Shown in pieces: positions 19,065-28,907 of a DNA stretch of 64,000 nt; within the stretch, counting starts at the first letter, position 1, and each line of letters opens with the position of its first letter. The DNA comes from an uncultured delta proteobacterium (lineage in GTDB: Bacteria > Desulfobacterota > Binatia > HRBIN30 > BPIQ01), in NCBI GenBank assembly GCA_963761335.1, contig CAVXGR010000024.1, positions 64,001-128,000 of the forward strand, written 5' to 3'. The translations under genes and the position numbers were made by a program. The notes under the pieces were generated by a model. It did not search any database and had not been told where the DNA came from. It saw only the letters and a program-made list of their open reading frames with translations.

Positions 19065-19799
19065 ATGGCCGGAGAGGGAAAAAGCAAGATTGGGGCAGTT
19101 GCCGAGCTATCGGTGGTGCTCCCGGCCTTCAACGAGGAAGCGAACATCGAGCGCGTCGTCGGCGCGGTGATCGCCTATCTGGACGGTCTGGGCATCGACT
19201 ACGAGGTCGTCCCGGTGAACGACGGCAGCAAGGACGCGACCGGAGCCATCCTCGACCGGCTGGCGGCGGCGAACCCGCGGGTGCGGCCGCAGCATCATCC
19301 GGTGAACCGCGGCTACGGCGCGGCGCTGCGCACCGGTTTCGACGCCGCCGCCAAGCGCTTCGTATTCTACATGGACGGCGACGGGCAGTTCGACATCAAG
19401 GACCTCGACGTCATCCTGCCGCTGGCCACCGACGACGACCACATCGTCACCGGCTATCGCATCGAGCGCCGAGACCCTTTCGTGCGCAAGCTGAACGCCT
19501 TTCTCTTCGGCCGCAACCTGGTGCGCATCCTCCTCAACGTCAAGGTTCGCGACCTCAACTGCGCCTTCAAGCTGATTCCCAAAAAGGTGCTCGACAGCAT
19601 CACCCTGGAATCGACCGGAGCGCTGATCAACGCCGAGCTCTACGGCCGCGCCGTGCGCAAGGGGTTTCGAATCAAGGAGGTCGGCGTACACCACTATCCG
19701 CGCGAGGCCGGGGTGCAGACGGGAGCCCACCTGAGCGTCATCGCGCGGGCGTTCTACGATCTCTTCCGCCTGCGCCAGAAGATCGTCAAGGAAGGCTGA
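19065..19799 (+). CDS. GT2 polyprenyl-phosphate glycosyltransferase (DPM1-like)
   Basis: LSVVLPAFNEE, VNDGSKD, NRGYGAAL, MDGDGQF, DLNCAFKL. Confidence 0.92.
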   Translation: MAGEGKSKIGAVAELSVVLPAFNEEANIERVVGAVIAYLDGLGIDYEVVPVNDGSKDATGAILDRLAAANPRVRPQHHPVNRGYGAALRTGFDAAAKRFVFYMDGDGQFDIKDLDVILPLATDDDHIVTGYRIERRDPFVRKLNAFLFGRNLVRILLNVKVRDLNCAFKLIPKKVLDSITLESTGALINAELYGRAVRKGFRIKEVGVHHYPREAGVQTGAHLSVIARAFYDLFRLRQKIVKEG

Positions 19800-19817
19800 C
19801 GGACGGACGCCGCGCTC

Positions 19818-22586
19818 TCACTGGCGCGGCAGGTTATGTGGCGGCACCTCGGATGGCGTGCCGCCGCCGGGCGGCTCGTTCTCCTCCGCCCGCGGCTGAT
19901 TGCGCGCCTGTGACTCGGGCGCCGAGAACTTCTGCACGCGGTGGTTCAAGGTGTCGGTCACGTAGACCGCGCCGTTGGCGTCGACGGCGATACCGATGGG
20001 GCGGTTGAACTGGCCGCGGCCGGTGCCGCTGCTGCCCCAGACTCCGGCGAGGCTGCGGCTGCCGGTGTAGAGGGCGAAGCGGTGGTTGAAGGAGTCGGTG
20101 ACGTAGATCATGTTGCCCCAGGGCGCCAGGTAGGGCTCGCTGTAGAACTCCTCCCAGCCGAAGACCTGCCACTCCTGCTTGAAATTCCCTTCGGCGTCGA
20201 AGAACTGCAGCCGGCGGTTGCCGGTATCGGCGACGATCACGCGTCCCTGGTCGTCCACGGCGATGCCCACGGGCTCGATGAACTCCCCGGACTTGGTGCC
20301 TTCCTTGCCCCAGGAGCGCAGGCGCTTGCCGTCGGGCGTGTAGGCGAGCACGCGCTTGTTGCCGGTATCGGTCACGTACACCGTGCCGTCGGCGGCGACG
20401 GCGACGCCGCGCGGGCCCCAGAAGCCTGGATTCTCCTCGTGCCACTCGAGGAGGAAGGTGCCGTTGCCGTCGAACTTCTGAATGCGATGGTTCCAGGTGT
20501 CGGCGACGTAGACGCTGCCGTCGGGCGCCAGGGCGATGCCGCCCGGATCCTGGAACTCGCCCTGTCCGCTGCCCTTCTTGCCCCAGACGGTGATCGGCTG
20601 GCCGTTGGGGCCGAGCTTCTGAATGCGGTCGTTTTTGCTGTCGACGACGTAGACGTTGTAGTTGCGGTCGACGGCGATGCCGCGCGGCTCGTTGAACTCA
20701 CCGGGCTGGGCTCCGGGGCCGCCCCACACTGCCTCGGCGGTGAGCGCCCCCGGCTGGCGCGGATAGGTGCGCGCTGCCGGCGGCGGGTTCACGGCGATGC
20801 GCTCGAAGCTCATGCCCTTGGTGAGATCCTTGTGAACGAAGAGCAGGGCGTCGCTCGAGCCGGTGCCGCTCCAGGCGATGCGGGTGAACAGCCAGCGCAT
20901 CAGCTTCGGCAGGGTGATGTTCTTCCAGTCGGGCTCCCACCAGCCGCGAATCTCGAACACCTCGCGCGTGTACTTCTCGGCGAGCGGCTTGTCGAGGGCG
21001 GTGTTCTCCTTGTCGACGATCACCACCGGCGTGTCGACGAAGCGCACGTCCCCGGCCCAGTTGACCGGATAGTGGCGCAGGTACCAGCTGAAGGGCCAGG
21101 TGGCATTGCCGGTGACCGCGAGCCGCGTCTGCGTTCCGGTGCCGAGCTCCTCGCCCACCTCGCGGATCTTGTCCATCACCTTGATCACGTCGTACGTCGA
21201 TTGCACGTAGACCAGCATCTCGGCGTGGCGGCTGTCCTTCGGCTCACTCGGGTAGGGGGCCTCGTAGAGATAGTTGGCGGCGACCATCGTCCACAGGGTG
21301 AGGGCGCCGACGGCGACGACTGGCACCATTGTCCCCGGATTGCGGAAGGAGCCCGACTCGACGAGACGGCCGAAGAAGTAGCCGGCGAGGATCGCCAGGG
21401 GAACCACCTGCGGGACCAGAAGCCAGGGGACTTTCTCCTGCGCCCATGCGTAGATGCAGACCGAGCCGATGGCCCAGACGACGGTGAAGCGAATGAAGCG
21501 GTTGGGGAGCCACTTGGTGGCCACCGAGACGATGGCGAGGGCGAACACCGCGACCAGCAGGAGGCCGGGGTGTGCCGGCCAGCGGAAGAGGGCCACGGCG
21601 AAGCCGATCAGCGCCGCCACCGCGGCGTAGGCCAGATAGCGCCCGAGCTTGTCGCGGAAAGGAGTGAACAGCAGCGGCCCGAGCAACATCGCCCCGACGG
21701 CGAAGACGATGAGCGGCTCGTAGAGCACCAACTGCGGCACGTAGTACCACCACGGACCGCCGATGCGGCGAATCTGCTGCTGGCCGAGCCAGTAGCCCAG
21801 CGCCCGGCGCACCGGATTCCAGTTCTCCGGATGGGTCGTGAAGGAGGTGTAGAACAGCAGGCCGATGCCGAGAAAGATGACCAGACTGGTGATCAGAGGC
21901 AGCCAGGCGCGGCCGAAGAAGCCGAGGGTCTCGCCCCAGGCGGCGCGCGCCGCTTCCTTGCGATTGGGAGCCGCGAGAACCTCCCAGACGAGCATGGCGG
22001 CGAAGCCGAGGAGAAACAGCGGGGTCAGCAGGTAGAGGTCTTCCTTGGTGCTGAAGGCGAGCCCAAAGGCGACGGCGCTGCCGTACAGATAGCGCGCCTG
22101 GCGCGTCTCGCCATAGCGAAAGACCCAGTAGACCGCGGCCAGGTTGCAGAGCGCCAAATAGATGTCGTGGCGGAGAAAGCGGCTGAAATAGAGCGTCGAG
22201 GGGGAGAAGGTGAGGAGAATCAGGAAGCACAGGGCTCCCCAGCGCCCGATGTAGCGGCGCAGCGGCCAGGCAAAGGCGAGCACGCCCATGCCGAAGAGAG
22301 CGGCGCTCAGGCGACAGGTGAAGTCGCTGTCGCCGAATATCCACATGATCAGGGCCGTCGAGTAGTAGAGCAGCGGCCCGTGGTAGACCGGATCGTACTT
22401 GTAGTCGCTCAGCCCGGACTGGGTGATCTTCCAGGAGAAGAATGCGTGGATCGACTCGTCGTGATGCAGCGGTTTCTGCTGCAAGAGGAACAGGCGCAGA
22501 AAGAGCGCTGTGAGCAGCAGTGCCGCGTACAGAATCTGCTCCAGGGTGAAGCGTCCAAGTTTGCGGTCGAGCGCGCTCTCTGCCAT
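19818..22586 (-). CDS. TIGR03663/Agl23-like GT-C membrane protein fused to C-terminal NHL beta-propeller
   Basis: HHDESIHAFFSW..YKYDPVYHGP, YFSRFLRHD, TKED, EKVPWL, WPFSWYLR; about six NHL repeats (F..P.GIAV...YV.DT.NHR.QKF). Confidence 0.85.
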   Translation of the reverse strand: MAESALDRKLGRFTLEQILYAALLLTALFLRLFLLQQKPLHHDESIHAFFSWKITQSGLSDYKYDPVYHGPLLYYSTALIMWIFGDSDFTCRLSAALFGMGVLAFAWPLRRYIGRWGALCFLILLTFSPSTLYFSRFLRHDIYLALCNLAAVYWVFRYGETRQARYLYGSAVAFGLAFSTKEDLYLLTPLFLLGFAAMLVWEVLAAPNRKEAARAAWGETLGFFGRAWLPLITSLVIFLGIGLLFYTSFTTHPENWNPVRRALGYWLGQQQIRRIGGPWWYYVPQLVLYEPLIVFAVGAMLLGPLLFTPFRDKLGRYLAYAAVAALIGFAVALFRWPAHPGLLLVAVFALAIVSVATKWLPNRFIRFTVVWAIGSVCIYAWAQEKVPWLLVPQVVPLAILAGYFFGRLVESGSFRNPGTMVPVVAVGALTLWTMVAANYLYEAPYPSEPKDSRHAEMLVYVQSTYDVIKVMDKIREVGEELGTGTQTRLAVTGNATWPFSWYLRHYPVNWAGDVRFVDTPVVIVDKENTALDKPLAEKYTREVFEIRGWWEPDWKNITLPKLMRWLFTRIAWSGTGSSDALLFVHKDLTKGMSFERIAVNPPPAARTYPRQPGALTAEAVWGGPGAQPGEFNEPRGIAVDRNYNVYVVDSKNDRIQKLGPNGQPITVWGKKGSGQGEFQDPGGIALAPDGSVYVADTWNHRIQKFDGNGTFLLEWHEENPGFWGPRGVAVAADGTVYVTDTGNKRVLAYTPDGKRLRSWGKEGTKSGEFIEPVGIAVDDQGRVIVADTGNRRLQFFDAEGNFKQEWQVFGWEEFYSEPYLAPWGNMIYVTDSFNHRFALYTGSRSLAGVWGSSGTGRGQFNRPIGIAVDANGAVYVTDTLNHRVQKFSAPESQARNQPRAEENEPPGGGTPSEVPPHNLPRQ

Positions 22587-22753
22587 AGGGTCGTCTGCGT
22601 CAGGCTCAGCCTTGATCCGACAAAAGCGAGGTTCCTATATGGCGAGTTTGCACAAGTCAACCGAGCCCGAAGGGCGCGGGACCGCGGGTGGCCCGGCGGC
22701 GGCGATCCTCGCGTCCCGCGTCCGGGATTGAGAACGGAGCCCGCTGCCGCCCT

Positions 22754-23512
22754 ATGCGAACCGTCCTCTTCCTCCTTCCCGTGTACAACGAGGAGGCCCG
22801 ACTCGACACCCTCCTGGACCGCATCCGCGACACCATGACGGCGCAGGGGCTTGCCTACCGCATCGTCGCGGTCGACGACGGCAGCCGGGACGGTAGCCCT
22901 GCCATCCTGGCGCGGCGGAAGGCCGATCTGCCCCTCGAGGTGGTCACCCACCGCTTCAACCGGGGCCTCGGCGAGACCGTGCGCGATGGCCTGGAGTGGG
23001 TCGCCGACAACGCCGGCCCCGAGGACGTGGTGATCACCATGGACGCCGACGACACCCACGACCCGGCCTACGTAAAGGCGATGCTCGACACCATGGACCG
23101 CGGTCTCGACGTGGTCATCGGCTCGCGGTTTCAGCCGGGGTCGGAGGTCAAAGGCGTGCCCGGACACCGGCAGACCTTCAGCGTCGGCGCCAACGGGCTG
23201 CTGCGCGTCTTTCTGCGCATCCCGGGCGTGGTGGACTATGCTTGCGGCTTCCGCGCCATCCGCGCCGACCTGATCCGCCGCGCCGTCCTCCAGCTCGGCA
23301 ACCGCATGGTGGAGCTCGGCAACTGGGGATTCATCTGCACCGCCGAGCTGCTCTGGAAGCTGAGCTTCTTCGGAGCCCGCTGCGGCGAGGTGCCGTTCAC
23401 CCTGCGCTACGATCTCAAGCAGGGGCCGAGCAAGATGCGGCCGTTGCGCACCATCTTCGGCTACGGCCTGCTGATCTGGCACAGCTGGGTGGCGCGTCCG
23501 GCGGTCGGATGA
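22754..23512 (+). CDS. GT2 polyprenyl-phosphate glycosyltransferase (DPM1-like)
   Basis: LLPVYNEE, VDDGSRD, NRGLG, MDADDTHDP, VVIGSRF, DYACGFRA, SKM. Confidence 0.92.
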   Translation: MRTVLFLLPVYNEEARLDTLLDRIRDTMTAQGLAYRIVAVDDGSRDGSPAILARRKADLPLEVVTHRFNRGLGETVRDGLEWVADNAGPEDVVITMDADDTHDPAYVKAMLDTMDRGLDVVIGSRFQPGSEVKGVPGHRQTFSVGANGLLRVFLRIPGVVDYACGFRAIRADLIRRAVLQLGNRMVELGNWGFICTAELLWKLSFFGARCGEVPFTLRYDLKQGPSKMRPLRTIFGYGLLIWHSWVARPAVG

Positions 23513-23557
23513 GCGGGCGCGGCATCAACGTCTTTTTCCCTTCAGGAGAATCGAAAC

Positions 23558-26221
23558 GTGGTCGATAGTCGTTACCTCCGCGACGACGGCTGGCTGCAGC
23601 GCGTCCTGCTCGCGGCCATCCTGGTGCTGGCCGCGGTGCTGCGGATCTACAACCTGCGCGATCTTCCCGCCGGCCTCTTCTGCGACGAGGCGGCCCTCGG
23701 GTACAACTCGTGGGCCGTCCTGCACTACGGCATCAGCGAGAACGGCCAGCACTGGCCGCTCTTCTTCTGGTCCTTCGGCGGCTACAAGGATCCCGTCTAC
23801 ATCTACTCCGCCATGCTCCCCATCGGGGTGCTCGGCCTGAACGAGTTCAGCCTGCGACTCACCTCGGCGCTCTTCGGCATCGGCACGGTGGCGGGCACGT
23901 ACTACCTCGGCCGCGCCCTCTTCGGCGTGTGGGTCGGCCTGTGGGCGGCCCTGTTGCTGGCCGTCTGCCCCTGGCATCTGCACTTCAGTCGCATCGCTTT
24001 CGAGCTCATCTCCTTCCCGTTCCTGTTCGTGATCGGCATGGTGTTCCTCATCCGCTTCACTCAGGGACGCTGGACGTTGCCGCTGGCGTTCTTCTTCTTC
24101 GGCGCCTGTCTCTATGCCTACGCCGTGGCAAAGCTCTTCGTTCCGCTCTTTCTCATCGGCTTCGGCCTGCTCTACCTGCCGACGGTGTGGCGCCGCTGGA
24201 GGGAGTGGCTGGTCGCCGTGCCGGTGCTGCTGCTGACGGTGGCGCCGGTCGTCTACTTCGACGAGATCCACAAGCAGGGCGCCCAGTACTTCTACAACAC
24301 CACCATCCTCCAGCCGGGACGCTCGCTCGCCGAGCTCGCCCGGATCTTCTTCAACAACTACCTGCAGTTCGTCTCGCCGCGCTTTCTCTTCGAGCAGGGC
24401 GACAACATCACCCGCCACGCGGTGCGCGGGCACGGCGAGCTCTATCCGTTCTTCGCGCCCTTCTTGCTGATCGGCACCCTGGTGCTGCTGCTGCGGCGCG
24501 ACCGCGGCAGCAAGCTGATTCTCTGGTGGCTGCTGCTCTATCCGGTCGGCGCCAGCCTGATGAACGAGGTCCCGAGCGCCTCGCGCGGCTTCATCGGCGT
24601 CGTCGCCTTCTGCATGATTGCCGCGGTCGGCCTTGCCGCCGTGCTGCGCGCCATCGGCTGGATCGCCTACTGGCGCCCGCTGCGCCTGGGACTGCAGGCC
24701 GCCGCCGTCGCGGCGCTCGGCTGGATCGTCGCCTATCCCCAGGTCGCCCACTACATGGACCTGTACTTCAACGAGTACGTCAAGTATTCGGCGCCGACCT
24801 ACGGTGGCTTTCAGTACGGCTATCGCGACGTCATCCACTACATGGACGGGGAGCGCGACAAGTACCCCTTGATGATGCTCACCGCGACCGAGGTGAACCA
24901 GCCCTACATCTTTGCGCTCTTCTACGGAAAGCGGGACCCGCGGGAGTTCTCCCGCTCTTTCTATCCCGGATACCTGATCCTCGATCCGGCGGAGTACCGC
25001 CGCTACTCGATGGACAAGCCGATCCTCTATTCGCTGCGCGAGCAGGACCTGACGTACTTCTCCGACTACGACGTGAAGAAGAAGATCGTCGCTCCAGGGG
25101 GCCAGCTGGAGTTCATCATCGCCGAGGTGCGCGCCCGCAAGCAGTTCATCACCGACTGGCTGACCCTCGGGCTCTTCAACAACAGGCACGGCGCCGGCAT
25201 GAACCAGGACTTCATCGACGTGCACAACATCTCGAAGCGGCGCTACAAGGGCGCCTTCGGCGAGATCTACTGGCGGCCGCTCTCCCCGCAGTTCATCCGC
25301 ATCGACCTGAACCAGTTCTATGCGACCCAGGACCCCGAGCACCCGGGCAACCCCGAGGAGGTGTGTGCCTATGCGCTGACCGTGGCCGACGTGCCCACGG
25401 CGCGCAAGGCGGTGCTGGAGATGGGCGGCTCGGACGACGCCGGCACCGTTTGGCTGAACGGGGTTTCGCTGACGCCGTCGCCGCAGCGCTTCGGGCATCC
25501 GGTGAAGCGCCGGCCCGTCGAGCTCACCGCCGGCGAGAACACGCTGATCGTCAAGAGCTGCGAGAACATCGGCTCGTGGTACTTCACGGCGCGGCTCACC
25601 GATCCGCAGGGCAACGACATGCCCGATGTGCGCTTCCGCGCCGAGATTCCCACCGAGCCGCCGCCGGCGGCGGAGCCACCGCCGAAGGCCTCGGATCTGC
25701 AGGTGATCGAGGGCTTCTCCGGAGTGAAGACCTTTCGCCACACCCAGGACAGCTATCCCGATTACCGCGGCGGCACGCGCTCGTGGTGGGCCTATACGCG
25801 CGACAACGAAGCGGAGGTCTCCTGGGAGACGGCGCCGGCGCCGGCGAAGAAGCCCACGGCTGTGGTGTTCACCGGCTCCATGGGCGAGCAGGAGGGCAAA
25901 TGGGAGCTGTGGGTGAACGGCCGCTACGTCCTCGATTTCGAGACCGGAGCTTCCTTCAGCAACCGCACCTGGGAGCGCGGACCCTATCGCATGAGCTTCG
26001 TCTCGAGACAGATGGTCTCCGGCAACTCGGGCATGTTCGTGCTCACGGTGCCGGAGTCGGCGGTCGAGCCCGGACAGCCGCTGGAGCTGCGGGTGGTGCC
26101 GGCACAGGGCGATGACAACAGCTGGTTCATGATCAAGGGGTACCCGGATACCGCCGCTTTTGAGCACGTCACCCCGGAGAGCGTCGAGGCGGTGGGCAAA
26201 TCCGACTGGCAGGAAGGCTGA
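23558..26221 (+). CDS. GT-C (PMT/ArnT-like) glycosyltransferase with C-terminal extracytoplasmic beta-sandwich domains
   Basis: LRIYNL...P.GLFCDEA; PWHLHFSR; many TM segments; C-terminal GSDDAGTVWLNG...LTAGENTLIVK galactose-binding/PA14-like motif. Confidence 0.85.
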   Translation: MVDSRYLRDDGWLQRVLLAAILVLAAVLRIYNLRDLPAGLFCDEAALGYNSWAVLHYGISENGQHWPLFFWSFGGYKDPVYIYSAMLPIGVLGLNEFSLRLTSALFGIGTVAGTYYLGRALFGVWVGLWAALLLAVCPWHLHFSRIAFELISFPFLFVIGMVFLIRFTQGRWTLPLAFFFFGACLYAYAVAKLFVPLFLIGFGLLYLPTVWRRWREWLVAVPVLLLTVAPVVYFDEIHKQGAQYFYNTTILQPGRSLAELARIFFNNYLQFVSPRFLFEQGDNITRHAVRGHGELYPFFAPFLLIGTLVLLLRRDRGSKLILWWLLLYPVGASLMNEVPSASRGFIGVVAFCMIAAVGLAAVLRAIGWIAYWRPLRLGLQAAAVAALGWIVAYPQVAHYMDLYFNEYVKYSAPTYGGFQYGYRDVIHYMDGERDKYPLMMLTATEVNQPYIFALFYGKRDPREFSRSFYPGYLILDPAEYRRYSMDKPILYSLREQDLTYFSDYDVKKKIVAPGGQLEFIIAEVRARKQFITDWLTLGLFNNRHGAGMNQDFIDVHNISKRRYKGAFGEIYWRPLSPQFIRIDLNQFYATQDPEHPGNPEEVCAYALTVADVPTARKAVLEMGGSDDAGTVWLNGVSLTPSPQRFGHPVKRRPVELTAGENTLIVKSCENIGSWYFTARLTDPQGNDMPDVRFRAEIPTEPPPAAEPPPKASDLQVIEGFSGVKTFRHTQDSYPDYRGGTRSWWAYTRDNEAEVSWETAPAPAKKPTAVVFTGSMGEQEGKWELWVNGRYVLDFETGASFSNRTWERGPYRMSFVSRQMVSGNSGMFVLTVPESAVEPGQPLELRVVPAQGDDNSWFMIKGYPDTAAFEHVTPESVEAVGKSDWQEG

Positions 26222-26228
26222 CCCGGGG

Positions 26229-27164
26229 ATGTATCGCGGGGCTCGCCTCGCCGCGGTCGTGCCGGCCCACAACGAGGCCGCGCATGTCGGACCGCTGCTG
26301 CGGCAGATGCCGGAGTACGTCGACCGCATCATCGTGGTCGACGACGGCAGCGACGACGGCACCGGAGATGCGGCCCGCCAGGTTGGCGATGCGCGCGTGC
26401 AGGTGATCCGCCACGACACCGCCCGTGGCGTCGGCGGCGCCACCGTCGCCGGCATGAAGGCAGCTCTCGGCGACGGCTGCGAGCTGATCGTCAAGGTCGA
26501 CGGCGACGGCCAGATGGACCCCCAGCACCTGCCGCTGCTGCTGGACCCCCTGGTGAACGACGGCTACGGCTACGCCAAGGGCAATCGCTTTCTGCAACCC
26601 GAGGCCCTGCGGCAGATGCCCCGCCTGCGACTTTTCGGCAACTTCCTGCTGACCTTTCTCACCAAGCTGTCGTCGGGGTACTGGCACCTCTTCGACCCCC
26701 AGAACGGCTACGTGGCGGCGCGCAGCAGCGTTCTCGTCCAGCTGCAGCTCGACCGCCTGGCACGCGGCTTCTTCTTCGAGAACGACATGCTCATTCACCT
26801 CAACGTGCTCAACGTGCGCGTCAAGGACGTCGCCCTGCCGGCGCTCTACGGCGACGAGGTGTCATCGCTGCGCATCAACCGCATTCTCCTGACTTTCCCC
26901 TACTATCTGTTCCGCGGCCTGTGGTTTCGCCTCTACGAGAAATACATCCTGCGCGATTTTTCTCCGATCGCGGTGTTCTGGTGTCTGGGGGCGCCGCTGA
27001 TGATCTTCGGCGGCCTGATCGGGGTGATCACGTGGGCGCACTCGCTGATCAGCGGCCAGCCGGCTGCCACCGGCACGGTGATGCTGAGCGTGCTGCCGTT
27101 TCTGATCGGCTTCGAGCTGATCCTGCAGGCGATCATTCTGGAGATCCGCGAGTCGCCCTCATGA
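26229..27164 (+). CDS. GT2 polyprenyl-phosphate glycosyltransferase with two C-terminal TMs
   Basis: VVPAHNE, VVDDGSDD, VDGDGQMDP, KGNRF, DPQNGY, FFENDML. Confidence 0.92.
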   Translation: MYRGARLAAVVPAHNEAAHVGPLLRQMPEYVDRIIVVDDGSDDGTGDAARQVGDARVQVIRHDTARGVGGATVAGMKAALGDGCELIVKVDGDGQMDPQHLPLLLDPLVNDGYGYAKGNRFLQPEALRQMPRLRLFGNFLLTFLTKLSSGYWHLFDPQNGYVAARSSVLVQLQLDRLARGFFFENDMLIHLNVLNVRVKDVALPALYGDEVSSLRINRILLTFPYYLFRGLWFRLYEKYILRDFSPIAVFWCLGAPLMIFGGLIGVITWAHSLISGQPAATGTVMLSVLPFLIGFELILQAIILEIRESPS

Positions 27165-28741
27165 GGGGTCTCGACTGGAGGCTGCCTCTGCTGGTCGTCG
27201 CGGCGGGATCGCTGGCGTACTTCGCGTTCTACTTCGACGAGAAGCTCTGGCAGCCGAGCGTCGATCTGGCCTGGGCAGTCGCCTCGCTGGGGCTGCTCGG
27301 GGCTCTCTGGCGGCGCGAGCCGCGCGCCGTGCCGCGGCTGCCGCAGCCCGTTTGGTTCTACGCCCTGTACGTCGCCGCGCTGCTTCCCTTTGCCACCAAC
27401 TGGCGCTGGGCGATGACCGCCGACAACCTGAGCTGGCCGCTGGGCGGGCTGACGGTCGCCGAGCACGGTCCGACGCGGAGCCTGCTGTCCGCCAACGGCG
27501 CCGACAACTTCGGCTATCTGCAGATGATGCTGCACGACATCTTCATGTTCGTCGTGTCGCCCACCATGTTCTGGCACCGCGTCGGCAAGATCGTGGTCGG
27601 CGTGTGCGCTCTGGCCGCCGTGTACTCCGCCTTCGCCCGCCTGGTGGCGCCTCGCTTCGGGCTTCTGGTCGCCGCCTGCGCCGCCACCACCTCGGTGTGG
27701 ATCGTCTACACGTACGCCAGCGTGCCGTTCATGGACGGTATCGCCATGGGCTACGCAATCCTCGCGGTGGGGCTGTGGGTGCGGCGCGAGCCGAACGCCC
27801 GTACCCCCTGGCTGGTGCTCGGTTGGCTCAGCGGCTTCATGCTCTTTCTCACCCCCAACGGATGGTTCATCGCCATCTGCGTGTGGGCCTGGCTCGGCCC
27901 GCAGGTGCTCTTCCGCCGTTGGAAGATCGGACCGCCAGCGCTCGCCATCGCCGTGGCTCTGGTCACCGGGCTGCCCATGCTGATTCAGTGGAGCCAGGGG
28001 GGGGGCGGGCAGCTCTTCTCGCTGGTGCAGCACCCGGGCTGGACGCAGGAGAAGGTGATTGGCTTCCTGCGCGAGGCTGCCTACATTCCCTTCGACTCGC
28101 CCATTCAGGGCGCCGGCGCTTTCGGCCCACAGCTGCCGCAGTATTTTCGCTGGCTCTTCATCCCGGGAATTCTGCTCACGCCAATCTTTGCCCGCCGTTT
28201 TCCCGGCGCGCGGCTCATCTTTGCGTTCTACGTCGTGCAGGTGCTGCTGCTGGCGTTCGCTCAGGGACCGTACGCCTCGGTCTCCGTGAAGCGGGCCCTG
28301 ATCATCATCCCGATGGCGACCTACTTCGTCTTCCTGCCGTTCCACCGATGGTTGCGGTCCCTGGCGGTGGTGCTGCCGATCATTGCCATCTGGGCCTCGT
28401 TCGGCATCTACGACGTGGCGGCGCGGATGCAGCCCGGACGCACCGGCTACAACTTCCTCGACGGCGTCATCGAAGCGGACCAGCGGTTCGCCGACGCTCC
28501 CGTCTGCATCTACGTGAGCAAGCCGGGCTACACCGGCCATTTCGCCCCGGGCACACCCGTCGATCGGCTCTTTGGCCTGTCGCCGCATGTGCAGATCGTC
28601 GACGACCTGCAGGCGCCCGCCTGCGCCAGAACCCTCTGCTACCAACCCCAGATCGACCACCCGAATCTCGCCGCCCTGGGCTACCGGGAGGTGCCCATCG
28701 AAGGCAGCGTCGAGCTGCGCTGCGGCCGCCGCAGCCAGTGA
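27161..28741 (+). CDS. Polytopic membrane protein, divergent GT-C-like
   Basis: ATGA overlap with upstream GT2; about 12 hydrophobic segments plus soluble C-terminal domain; weak PMT-like layout (acidic loop AMTADN). Confidence 0.6.
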   Translation: MRGLDWRLPLLVVAAGSLAYFAFYFDEKLWQPSVDLAWAVASLGLLGALWRREPRAVPRLPQPVWFYALYVAALLPFATNWRWAMTADNLSWPLGGLTVAEHGPTRSLLSANGADNFGYLQMMLHDIFMFVVSPTMFWHRVGKIVVGVCALAAVYSAFARLVAPRFGLLVAACAATTSVWIVYTYASVPFMDGIAMGYAILAVGLWVRREPNARTPWLVLGWLSGFMLFLTPNGWFIAICVWAWLGPQVLFRRWKIGPPALAIAVALVTGLPMLIQWSQGGGGQLFSLVQHPGWTQEKVIGFLREAAYIPFDSPIQGAGAFGPQLPQYFRWLFIPGILLTPIFARRFPGARLIFAFYVVQVLLLAFAQGPYASVSVKRALIIIPMATYFVFLPFHRWLRSLAVVLPIIAIWASFGIYDVAARMQPGRTGYNFLDGVIEADQRFADAPVCIYVSKPGYTGHFAPGTPVDRLFGLSPHVQIVDDLQAPACARTLCYQPQIDHPNLAALGYREVPIEGSVELRCGRRSQ

Positions 28742-28760
28742 CCCGGCTGAATTTCGCGCC

Positions 28761-28790
28761 TTGACAAGGTGAATTCAACGTGGTTACGAG
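28761..28790 (+). promoter_or_regulatory. Possible sigma-70 promoter for the lipoprotein gene
   Basis: Perfect TTGACA at 28761 in an AT-richer intergenic region; -10 is weak (TACGAG at 18 bp). Confidence 0.35.
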
Positions 28791-28907
28791 GCGATTCAAT
28801 TGTTGCGTTAGAAGTGCGCGATAGGCTGTCGAGTGGCCCTGCGGGCGACGGTTTCCGTTGCGGCGGCGCTCGGCGAAGACTGGACTGACCAAAGGAGGTG
28901 GATGTTC

